The translations under genes and the position numbers were made by a program. A DNA stretch of 64,000 nucleotides from Bacillota bacterium (GTDB lineage Bacteria > Bacillota > UBA994): contig JAGXTJ010000055.1 of NCBI GenBank assembly GCA_018333655.1, forward strand, positions 169,721 through 233,720, written 5' to 3'. Numbering within the stretch: the first letter of the stretch is position 1; every line of letters begins with the position of its first letter. The notes beneath the pieces are model-generated. The model made no database searches. It was not told the DNA's origin and worked only from the letters and a program-made list of their open reading frames with translations. This document shows positions 1 to 8,761 of this stretch, in pieces.

Positions 1-3000
1 CCATGTCCTCAGCCGGACAATTCCCTCCTTGAGTGGCTTACTGGGGATTGGCGGCAAGCAGATGTTATCAGTGCGCAATTCAGCGAAGCAATTGCCAGAG
101 GCAGAGCCGATGAAGAGTCGCGGGAGGAACGGTTTGGTGACGATCCCAACAGACCAGAACTATTTAGATCATGGCATAAAAAAAGGAGCGAGTGGGTTCA
201 CCTCGAGCTACAAAAGAGGCCCGTCATGGACTTTTACAACTCACTCTATAGCTTGTACTCAGAAATCAAGCGCGAAGGGGAAGCAGTCGAGCTCGTGCTT
301 GGCAATTGGATGCTCGAGTGGAGCAGAGGCGGGACGTATACCTCACATCCACTCTTGTTAAGAGGGGTAGTACTTGAGTTTGACCCGAGCACACCAGAGT
401 TTATAGTCACTCTTGGCGAATCAGGCACTGAGCTGTACACCGCGCTATTGCGCTGTCTTCCGGGAGTGGAGCAGACTACGCTTAATGCATTCATAACTGA
501 GATTGAGGAAGCCGGCTATCACATTGCAGACATCGACAATTGGAAACCTATAATGTCACGACTAATTGCAGTTCTGCACCCGCAGGGCATAATTGTTGAC
601 GGAGACTACAGCGCCCCCACCACGCCATACATCAGGGCTAACCCAGTGCTGTTCCTCCGGAAACGCACTCTTGGATTCACGGCCTTCATTGAGCGCGTCT
701 TAGAGGACCTTAACGCCAACGCCGCCACACCACCCTCATTCATGTCCGGCCTAGTCGGCGCGCACGATGACGAAGCATCTCTGGAGCCTCTAGATGAGAA
801 CTGGAACTTCAACGGAATAGACGCTGATACACTCTTGACGCTGCCAGCCAACAACGAACAGCTTAACATCGTCAGACACCTTGTTAGAAGCGGCGCCGTG
901 CTGGTCCAGGGGCCACCAGGCACTGGCAAAACGCATACCATTGCCAATCTCATTGGACACCTCCTGAGCCAAGGGCAGAGTGTCTTAGTCACCAGCCATA
1001 CTGAAAAGGCCCTCACCGTCTTGAAAGACAAGATATTTAAAGACCAAAATAACCCTGACCTAGATTTGCAGAGCCTTTGCGTTAGCCTATTAAGCTCTAA
1101 ATCCCAGAAAACTGAAATGGATAGAACGATTAACACCATGACCGAGAAAATATCCTGCCATGACCGTGTAGCGGCAAAGATGCGGATTAGCCAGCTTGAG
1201 CACCAACGAGAGAAACTAATAGTAACGGCCCAAGCTGTCGCACAACAATTAATGCAGTTGCGTAGGTCCGAGTATCTGGATCTTATTTACGATAACCACA
1301 CAATCTCCCCCGGGAAGGCTGCTAAATTTGTTAGAAACGGAGAAGGCAGTTTAGACTTCATACCGGGCAAGGCTTTTGATAACACAATAGGATTGCCTTT
1401 ATCGAAGCATGACTTGGCCTCGCTGTACCAAACCAATGGTGAACTGACCGCCGAAGAGGAGGCTATGTTGTCTAGTCACCTACCAGAACTAGATAGCCTA
1501 TGGACCGCAGAGAAGTTCCGTGAGGCGACCAAGGAATACTCAAGCATCAAGCTGGTCCTAGCAGGCAATCCGCTAACTACCCCACAACTGCTTGAGCTCG
1601 AGGAGTCCATCTTGTGCGAGTTGTCCCAGTCCACACTGAGAATGCAGCAAATCCTTAAGAGGTTTGACCCTCTTCAAGTGAGTTTAGCCAACCGCATCGC
1701 GGAGGACCCCATATTTACAGAGCTGTGGCAACCAGTTCTCCGAGAAATGGACGAATGGTTGGCTCGCTATGACATTTGCAGAGTTATTAAATTCGAGAAC
1801 GAGTTTACTATCCCGCTTGAGTTGTTATCCACGGAGACAGTTAGTATCCTTGATGAAATTATTGCTTCTGGCGCACAACAGCCAATAAATCTCCTCACCG
1901 GCCTTATCAAGCCCAGATGGAAGAGGATTTCTGTAGGAATAAAGAATCACGGACGCTCTCTTCAGTCTGCGCAAGATTTTAGTAAGGTCAGAGCGCTTGT
2001 CGCCTACGAGGTTCAAAGGAGCCTGCTTGCATCACGCATTGGGAAGCTGTTAGGCGAGATTAGCGCACACGGAGAGCTGAACACTATTTTAAGCGAATCT
2101 TATTGCAGACAGATATCACAAAAAGTAGTTCCCATGCTCAATTACTCTTGTGAGATCCTGCGCCCCTTCACAATCGCGCTCAATAACATTCGCACTCCCT
2201 CTCTGTCCCCAAAGGACGATCCTTGGACCTATGATGAGGTGTTGTCCACCCTCAACAATACTATAGTCCCTAACCTTAGTGCGGCCATATGCACAAATCG
2301 CTTAAAGGCCATGGATCAGTTGTGGGCAGATCAGTCACGCATGACACGCCCCCTTGAGCGCCACGGCTCGGCCTTCAAACTGCTGTCTTTGGCGATTGAA
2401 AGCAAGGATCCAGATCGATATAAAGCGGCTCTTGAACATCTCTCTGCCGTCTACGACAAACGTGATATTCATTTTCTGCGGCAGGACCTCCTAAAGAAAC
2501 TAGATGACATAGCCCCCTCTTGGGCCGATGCAATACGCGCTAGACGTGGCATCCACGGGCATGTTGAAGTGCCTGAAGGCGTCGAGTCCGCCTGGAAATG
2601 GCAACAGCTAAATAACCAGCTCTTGCTTTTGCACAGCCAAAACCCTCTTGCCCTGCAAATAGAGAGTCATGACTTGTATCGCACCCTGCTTACCAATACC
2701 CGCGAGTTAGCCTGCGCAAAAGCATGGGACCAAGTGGTCGGCAACATTACACCACACCAGGCACAGGCACTTGAGGGGTGGCGTCAGACCATGAGACAAT
2801 ATGGCAAAGGAACTGGAAAAAATGCAGGCAAATTTCTTCAACAAGCCAAGGGCCTTATGCCCACATGCCAAACTGCTATCCCCGTCTGGATTATGTCTCT
2901 AAATCGGGTCGCCGAAAGCTTTGACCCCCGCGCCAACAAATTCGACGTACTGATTATTGATGAAGCTAGCCAGGCCAACATATTGGCACTAGCGGCACTC

Positions 3001-4647
3001 TATCTTGGGAAGAAAATTATCATTGTTGGTGATGAAGAGCAAGTAAGCCCAGAGGCCTTCGGCATCAAGAGTGAGGACGTTGAAGCCCTCATTAGCCAGT
3101 ACATCCCCAGCATCCCCCTTAACCATTTGTATAACCCCCGTACCTCAATATACGACCTAGCTAAGCAATGTGGCTTTGCGCCCATCATGCTCACCGAGCA
3201 CTTCCGGTGCCTGCCAGAAATAATCAAGTTCAGCAATGAATTGTCTTACGGCCTAAGGATCAAGCCACTCAGGGATGCCTCAGGGGTCACAGTAACCCCT
3301 GCTGTGGTTGAGTATCGGGTTCCTTATGGAATGAAGGGGAAAAATAAAACTAATGTGTTAGAGGCAGAACATATCGCCTCGCTCATTTGTGCTATGGCCA
3401 CGGATCCCGCCTACAAGGAAAAGACCATTGGAGTTATTTCCCTCCTAGGGCAAGAGCAAGCCTATGTTATCGAAAAACTGCTACACAAGTATCTGGACCC
3501 TGCTGAATACGAGTCCCGTCGCATCCAGTGCGGCAGTTCGGCACAGTTTCAGGGGGACGAACGTGACATTATCTTTTTGTCCATAGTAGATTCACCAAGA
3601 GAAACTGATGGGCCCTTAAGGCTCATAGCAGAAGAAGGCAACAATGACATGAACCGGAAGCGCTACAACGTTGCCGCGAGTCGGGCGAGGGATCAGCTCT
3701 GGGTGGTTCATTCCCTTAATCCTGATATCGATCTCAAGCCACATGATATTCGGCTACGCTTAATCAGTCATGCTCGAAATCCCGCGGCAAATACTGCTGG
3801 TGATTTAACTGTCGCAGAATCAGACTTTGAACGGCAGGTCATGACCCATTTGCGCACAGCTGGCTACAAAGTGAGCCCACAGTGGCGTGTAGGTGCGTAT
3901 CGCATTGACATGGTGATAACTTGTGGCACCCAAAAAGTTGCTATTGAGTGCGATGGCGACAAGTGGCACACCATCGATAACCTCCCAGACGACATCAAAC
4001 GCCAGGCGATTCTGGAACGACTAGGGTGGCGCTTCATTCGAGTCAGGGGGAGTGCCTTCTACAGAAATCCTGACGACGCCATGAAACAGATATTTGAGGA
4101 GCTAAACCGGCTGTCTATCATGCCCGACTACTCTCAACCCAACACTTCGCACAATTGCCCTAGCGAGAATAACGAGAGCAGCGTTCTGAGTACGATTAAG
4201 CGCATGTCTGCAGAAATCCGTCGGGGATGGCACCCCCTACGCATCGTAGATTCCTCTGAAGCTCTCGAACCCTCCCCCCAGCACACCGCAAAACCGACCA
4301 CTAAGGCGGCAGTAAAAGACACACAGACGAAAGCGAAGCAGGAGCAAGTGTCAGATTCTATAGAAGACTATAGTGCACATACGCCTCATCTGAGTGTGCC
4401 AACACAGAGCGGGCGAGCACCTCAAGAAGCAGACACACCGCGCATCACAAAGAACGATGGTCAGGCAGATAGCAAGATCGCTAGACCCGTACCCCTCTTC
4501 GATTTTAGGCAGACTTCAATACCACCAGCAACAGAACCCGCAGCGAGGAAGCCGCTTGCTGGAGCGGTCATTGACAAGCTCCCCAGCGGGGCCAGCCCCT
4601 CGACCCCTACAACTAAGAAGCCCCTCTTTGACTTCCGAAAAAAATAA
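1..4647 (+). CDS. Giant SF1 (Upf1-like, AAA_11/AAA_12-type) helicase fused to a C-terminal Vsr/DUF559-type endonuclease, with a low-complexity tail of about 175 aa. Probably 5'-truncated by the window edge.
   Basis: Helicase motifs: Walker A VQGPPGTGKTHT, motif II DVLIIDEASQA, VGDEEQ, QFQGDERD, YNVAASRARDQLWVV. Endonuclease signature follows: YRIDMVI...VAIECDGDKWH...RQAILERLGWRFIRV. The reading frame of the ATG at 226 has no stop codon from nt 1 to 225, so the ORF likely continues upstream. Confidence 0.85.
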   Translation, partial: PCPQPDNSLLEWLTGDWRQADVISAQFSEAIARGRADEESREERFGDDPNRPELFRSWHKKRSEWVHLELQKRPVMDFYNSLYSLYSEIKREGEAVELVLGNWMLEWSRGGTYTSHPLLLRGVVLEFDPSTPEFIVTLGESGTELYTALLRCLPGVEQTTLNAFITEIEEAGYHIADIDNWKPIMSRLIAVLHPQGIIVDGDYSAPTTPYIRANPVLFLRKRTLGFTAFIERVLEDLNANAATPPSFMSGLVGAHDDEASLEPLDENWNFNGIDADTLLTLPANNEQLNIVRHLVRSGAVLVQGPPGTGKTHTIANLIGHLLSQGQSVLVTSHTEKALTVLKDKIFKDQNNPDLDLQSLCVSLLSSKSQKTEMDRTINTMTEKISCHDRVAAKMRISQLEHQREKLIVTAQAVAQQLMQLRRSEYLDLIYDNHTISPGKAAKFVRNGEGSLDFIPGKAFDNTIGLPLSKHDLASLYQTNGELTAEEEAMLSSHLPELDSLWTAEKFREATKEYSSIKLVLAGNPLTTPQLLELEESILCELSQSTLRMQQILKRFDPLQVSLANRIAEDPIFTELWQPVLREMDEWLARYDICRVIKFENEFTIPLELLSTETVSILDEIIASGAQQPINLLTGLIKPRWKRISVGIKNHGRSLQSAQDFSKVRALVAYEVQRSLLASRIGKLLGEISAHGELNTILSESYCRQISQKVVPMLNYSCEILRPFTIALNNIRTPSLSPKDDPWTYDEVLSTLNNTIVPNLSAAICTNRLKAMDQLWADQSRMTRPLERHGSAFKLLSLAIESKDPDRYKAALEHLSAVYDKRDIHFLRQDLLKKLDDIAPSWADAIRARRGIHGHVEVPEGVESAWKWQQLNNQLLLLHSQNPLALQIESHDLYRTLLTNTRELACAKAWDQVVGNITPHQAQALEGWRQTMRQYGKGTGKNAGKFLQQAKGLMPTCQTAIPVWIMSLNRVAESFDPRANKFDVLIIDEASQANILALAALYLGKKIIIVGDEEQVSPEAFGIKSEDVEALISQYIPSIPLNHLYNPRTSIYDLAKQCGFAPIMLTEHFRCLPEIIKFSNELSYGLRIKPLRDASGVTVTPAVVEYRVPYGMKGKNKTNVLEAEHIASLICAMATDPAYKEKTIGVISLLGQEQAYVIEKLLHKYLDPAEYESRRIQCGSSAQFQGDERDIIFLSIVDSPRETDGPLRLIAEEGNNDMNRKRYNVAASRARDQLWVVHSLNPDIDLKPHDIRLRLISHARNPAANTAGDLTVAESDFERQVMTHLRTAGYKVSPQWRVGAYRIDMVITCGTQKVAIECDGDKWHTIDNLPDDIKRQAILERLGWRFIRVRGSAFYRNPDDAMKQIFEELNRLSIMPDYSQPNTSHNCPSENNESSVLSTIKRMSAEIRRGWHPLRIVDSSEALEPSPQHTAKPTTKAAVKDTQTKAKQEQVSDSIEDYSAHTPHLSVPTQSGRAPQEADTPRITKNDGQADSKIARPVPLFDFRQTSIPPATEPAARKPLAGAVIDKLPSGASPSTPTTKKPLFDFRKK

Positions 4648-4793
4648 GGGTACGCCGGAATACCGATCTGTAGTACGCCTAGATGATCTCCGCCGTTCTT
4701 GGCATGCCCAGAACTGGATTTAAAGGCGATCCAATATGACTTTTCTCCGCTGTATAGTTGCGCGTAAACTAGTTACTCTAAGGAGCAAACATC

Positions 4794-7700
4794 ATGCGAA
4801 TGCCGGAGTTCTTCGACAATGTGAGTAAGACTGTAAGAGACGACTTGCTGGTTACAATTAAGAAGGGCGACAAGCTGTCCGTAGCGGCGGCCTGTTTCTC
4901 GATCTACGCCTATCAAACCCTCAAGAAACAGCTTGATGGCATTGATGAGCTGCGGTTTATTTTTACTTCGCCGACATTTCTGCAAGAGAAAACGCCTAGA
5001 GAAAAGCGCGAGTTCTACATACCCCGCCGCGACCGCGAGCGCTCCCTCTACGGTACAGACTTCGAAGTAAGGCTGCGCAACGAACTGACCCAAAGAGCCA
5101 TCGCCCGCGAATGCGCAGCTTGGATCCGCAAAAAAGTGCAATTCCGCTCTAACCAGACAAGCGGCTATATCAGTGGTTTTATGAGCGTGAACGGAGAGAT
5201 CACCACGACGTATACGCCCCTCCACGGGTTTACCACCGCTGACATCGGGTGCGAGCGGGGCAACAATATCATTAACCCCGTCAGCAAGTTTGATTCGTCG
5301 CATGCTAATGGTTACCTCAGCCTGTTCAACCACATATGGAATGACACCAACCTACTGCGTGACGTGACCGAGCAGGTCATCGACAGCATCACCGCCGCTT
5401 ACAAGGAAAACGCGCCGGAGTTAATCTACTTCGTGGCGATATACCATATATTCAACGAATTTTTGGCAGACGTTTCTGAGGATACGCTGCCAAACGAGGC
5501 TACCGGCTTCAAAGACAGTAAGATCTGGCACAAGCTCTATGCCTTTCAAAAGGATGCTGCCCTGGCTATAATCAACAAGCTCGAGTCCTACAGTGGGTGC
5601 ATCCTTGCCGATAGCGTCGGCCTCGGCAAAACATTCACCGCGCTTGCCGTCATCAAATATTACGAGAACCGCAACCGCTCCGTCCTCGTGCTGTGCCCCA
5701 AGAAGCTATCGGACAACTGGAACACCTTTAAGGGCAACTATGTCAACAACCCCGTCGCCCCCGACCGCCTGAGGTATGACGTTCTTTACCATACAGACCT
5801 TTCGCGGGAGCGCGGCAAATCCAACGGGCTGGATTTAGACAGGCTTAACTGGGGCAACTATGACCTTGTGGTCATCGATGAGTCACATAACTTTAGAAAC
5901 GGCGGCGACTTTTATGGGGAAGACCGCCGCGAGAACCGTTACCTGCGCTTGCTGAACCGTGTCATCCGCGCAGGCGTAAAGACAAAGGTCTTAATGCTTT
6001 CGGCGACCCCAGTCAACAATCGCTTTATCGACTTGCGCAATCAGCTAGAGCTCGCCTATGAGGGCGAGGCGAGTCGTATCCATGAAAAGCTGGGGACAAA
6101 ACAAACCCTAGATGAAATTTTCCGCAATGCCCAAAAGGCCTTCAATCAATGGAGCAAGCTCGACGAGGGCCATCGCACCACTGACGCGCTGTTGCGAGCG
6201 CTAGACTTTGACTTCTTCACGCTTCTCGACAGTGTGACCATTGCCCGCTCCCGCAAGCACATCGTAGATCATTACGATATGAGCGAGATTGGCGCCTTCC
6301 CTGAGCGACTAAAGCCCCTCTCCTTGCGCCCGCGCCTTAGTGATTTACCTAGCGCCATAAATTACAACGAAATCTATGACCAGCTGATGAATTTGAACTT
6401 ATCGGTGTACATCCCGACTAACTTCATTTTTCCGAGCCAACTCGCGAAGTATGTCGACACCTCGCTAAATATTAACCGGGCGGGGCGCGAAATGGGCATT
6501 CGTCGTTTAATGAGCATCAACCTCTTGAAACGCCTAGAGAGCTCCGTAGAGTCCTTCCGCTTGACACTCGGGCGCGTCAAAAAACTGATTGACGATACCC
6601 TTGCCGAGATAGACGCCTTCACCCGTGGGGGCGGCTCGGTTGTAAAGTGCCAGGAACTGCTTGGCGACGAGGCCGACTTTGATGAAGATGACCGCAACAC
6701 CGAGTACTTCGCTGCCCAGCACAGCCTCAAAATTAACCTCGCCGATATGGACTACAAAACTTGGCGCGATAGGCTCGCCGCGGATGCCGAAACGCTCGAG
6801 CTACTTAAATCGATGATCGACGATATTACGCCTCGACACGACACCAAGCTGCAGACCCTACTCGGGCAAATCGAGAGCAAGCTGACAAACCCCCTCAATG
6901 AGAATAACCGCAAAATCCTTATCTTTTCGGCCTTCTCCGACACGGCGGAGTACCTTTACGCCAATGTCAGCGCCTTCGTTAAGTCAAAGTTCGGGCTCGA
7001 CACGGCCCTGATTACCGGCAACGTAGACGGCAAGACAACGATTAAGGGGCAGCGGGCAGCGCTTAACGAGGTGCTGACCTTGTTCTCCCCGATTTCAAAA
7101 GATAAACATCTGCTTATGCCACACAGTCGCGACGACATCGCCGTGCTAATCGCCACGGACTGCATCTCAGAAGGCCAAAATTTGCAGGATTGTGATTACT
7201 GCATCAACTACGATATTCACTGGAACCCCGTGCGCATTATTCAGCGGTTTGGGCGAATCGACCGTATCGGCAGCCGCAATGCCGTTATTCAGCTTGTCAA
7301 TTTCTGGCCTGACCTGGATTTAGATGAGTATCTTGCCCTCAAAGGGCGGGTTGAAACAAGGATGCGAATTTCCGTAATGACCGCCACCGGCGATGACGAC
7401 CTTATCAACACCGAGGAAAAAGGTGACCTTGAATACCGCAAGGCACAACTACAGCAACTTCAAGAAAAAGTCATGGACATTGAGGATATACAATCGGGCA
7501 TCTCCATTATGGACTTGGGGCTGAACGAGTTTAGGCTGGACCTACTGGCCTACGTTAAACGCGTCGGCAATATGGACACCCTGCCCTTAGGTCTGCACGC
7601 CGTTGTGCCTGCCTCAGCAGACTGCCCTCCGGGCGTAATATTCGTCCTTAAGAACCGCAATAACAGCGTAAACCGCGATATGCAGAATCGCCTGCACCCC

Positions 7701-8027
7701 TTTTACATGGTCTATATGGGCACAGCAGGCGACGTCATCTGTGACCACCTTTCGCCTAAGAAATTGCTCGATAGATTCCGCGATCTGTGCAAAGACAAGT
7801 CGACGCCCGTGGTGGATGTTTGCCGCACCTTCAACGCCGAAACCAAGGACGGGCGCGACATGCGGCACATTTCTTCGCTACTGACGGCTGCGATTAAATC
7901 AATTATCGAAGTAAAAGACGAAAGCGACCTCGACAGCCTCTTTCGCCCCGGCGGCACGTCCGCCTTACATACCACCATCAGCGGACTAGACGACTTTGAG
8001 ATGATATGCTTCTTAGTGGTGAGGTGA
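4794..8027 (+). CDS. SNF2-family helicase with an uncharacterised N-terminal region of about 230 aa
   Basis: Motif I ADSVGLGKTFTA, motif II DLVVIDESHNFRN, motif III LMLSATPVNN, helicase-C ATDCISEGQNLQ, motif VI HWNPVRIIQRFGRIDRIGS. AAGGAG SD lies about 10 nt upstream of the ATG. Confidence 0.9.
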   Translation: MRMPEFFDNVSKTVRDDLLVTIKKGDKLSVAAACFSIYAYQTLKKQLDGIDELRFIFTSPTFLQEKTPREKREFYIPRRDRERSLYGTDFEVRLRNELTQRAIARECAAWIRKKVQFRSNQTSGYISGFMSVNGEITTTYTPLHGFTTADIGCERGNNIINPVSKFDSSHANGYLSLFNHIWNDTNLLRDVTEQVIDSITAAYKENAPELIYFVAIYHIFNEFLADVSEDTLPNEATGFKDSKIWHKLYAFQKDAALAIINKLESYSGCILADSVGLGKTFTALAVIKYYENRNRSVLVLCPKKLSDNWNTFKGNYVNNPVAPDRLRYDVLYHTDLSRERGKSNGLDLDRLNWGNYDLVVIDESHNFRNGGDFYGEDRRENRYLRLLNRVIRAGVKTKVLMLSATPVNNRFIDLRNQLELAYEGEASRIHEKLGTKQTLDEIFRNAQKAFNQWSKLDEGHRTTDALLRALDFDFFTLLDSVTIARSRKHIVDHYDMSEIGAFPERLKPLSLRPRLSDLPSAINYNEIYDQLMNLNLSVYIPTNFIFPSQLAKYVDTSLNINRAGREMGIRRLMSINLLKRLESSVESFRLTLGRVKKLIDDTLAEIDAFTRGGGSVVKCQELLGDEADFDEDDRNTEYFAAQHSLKINLADMDYKTWRDRLAADAETLELLKSMIDDITPRHDTKLQTLLGQIESKLTNPLNENNRKILIFSAFSDTAEYLYANVSAFVKSKFGLDTALITGNVDGKTTIKGQRAALNEVLTLFSPISKDKHLLMPHSRDDIAVLIATDCISEGQNLQDCDYCINYDIHWNPVRIIQRFGRIDRIGSRNAVIQLVNFWPDLDLDEYLALKGRVETRMRISVMTATGDDDLINTEEKGDLEYRKAQLQQLQEKVMDIEDIQSGISIMDLGLNEFRLDLLAYVKRVGNMDTLPLGLHAVVPASADCPPGVIFVLKNRNNSVNRDMQNRLHPFYMVYMGTAGDVICDHLSPKKLLDRFRDLCKDKSTPVVDVCRTFNAETKDGRDMRHISSLLTAAIKSIIEVKDESDLDSLFRPGGTSALHTTISGLDDFEMICFLVVR

Positions 8028-8031
8028 CGCT

Positions 8032-8643
8032 ATGTTAGAGCTACCCCGTTCAACTGAGGTGAACCGCCGTGTGCCGAAAGAAAAGCTCTACGCCCACACA
8101 ACCCTAACCACAGAGGTGCGCGACCTAGTGAAAGACCAGGTAGAATCTGTCGTCTGGCGCAACAAACTGGCGGAGAATACCGCTGGCATCGCCACCGGCG
8201 AAACAGTGAAAGAGCTCCAAGTTTTTGCGGTAACCCTGCGTCAGCGTGGGTTAGATAAACGCGTCCTGCAGGTCATCGCCAAGGCCATACCCTACAAGAT
8301 ACTGTTTGTGCTCATTTTTGGTGACGAAGCACAAGCGTGGATCGAAGTGGCCGGCACGTTTTACCACACCGCATGGCTCGCAGTCGACAGTCTGCCGCTG
8401 AAGTTCACGGGGCTTAATCTAGACGCCGTCTATGAGAACTTAGCCCGACAGGTAGCGGGCGGTAAGCTCGGCGAAGCCGGCAACATCGCCGCAGCCGTAG
8501 CCCGTGACAAACAAAGGCAAAAACTCGAACGCGCCATTGCCGCCTTACAGAAGAAATCGCTGCGCGAAAAGCAATTCAACAGACAAGTCGAACTAAACGA
8601 CGAGCTGAAACGACTGCGAAAAGAATTGGCGGGGCTAGGATGA
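8032..8643 (+). CDS. DUF4391-like protein
   Basis: 203 aa, 4 nt downstream of the SNF2 stop. The N-terminal pattern (VPKEKLY..., VESVVWRNKL, ELQVFAVTL..., IPYKILFVL) matches my memory of DUF4391, which is typically found next to SNF2 helicase and methyltransferase genes. Confidence 0.65.
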   Translation: MLELPRSTEVNRRVPKEKLYAHTTLTTEVRDLVKDQVESVVWRNKLAENTAGIATGETVKELQVFAVTLRQRGLDKRVLQVIAKAIPYKILFVLIFGDEAQAWIEVAGTFYHTAWLAVDSLPLKFTGLNLDAVYENLARQVAGGKLGEAGNIAAAVARDKQRQKLERAIAALQKKSLREKQFNRQVELNDELKRLRKELAGLG

Positions 8644-8761
8644 GTGCCTAACGAATACCAGCAGCACTCTCGCCCGTAAAGTCAGCTTCTAAGCCACGCA
8701 GGTATGGCAGTTAGCGCAGCCTATAGTTGCTAGACTGCCCTCATAAAGGAGGAGTAAACCC

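Noticed and set aside
29-361. 110-aa ORF at the window start
   Set aside because: It overlaps the frame that continues into the giant helicase, which is open from nt 1 and has protein-like sequence. The 29-361 product is low-complexity with a TTG start, so it is probably spurious.
4394-4723. 109-aa ORF overlapping the tail of the giant helicase
   Set aside because: It is an out-of-frame overlap with the Pro/Thr-rich tail-coding region. Its Arg/Pro/Ser-rich product is typical of an alternative frame of low-complexity sequence.
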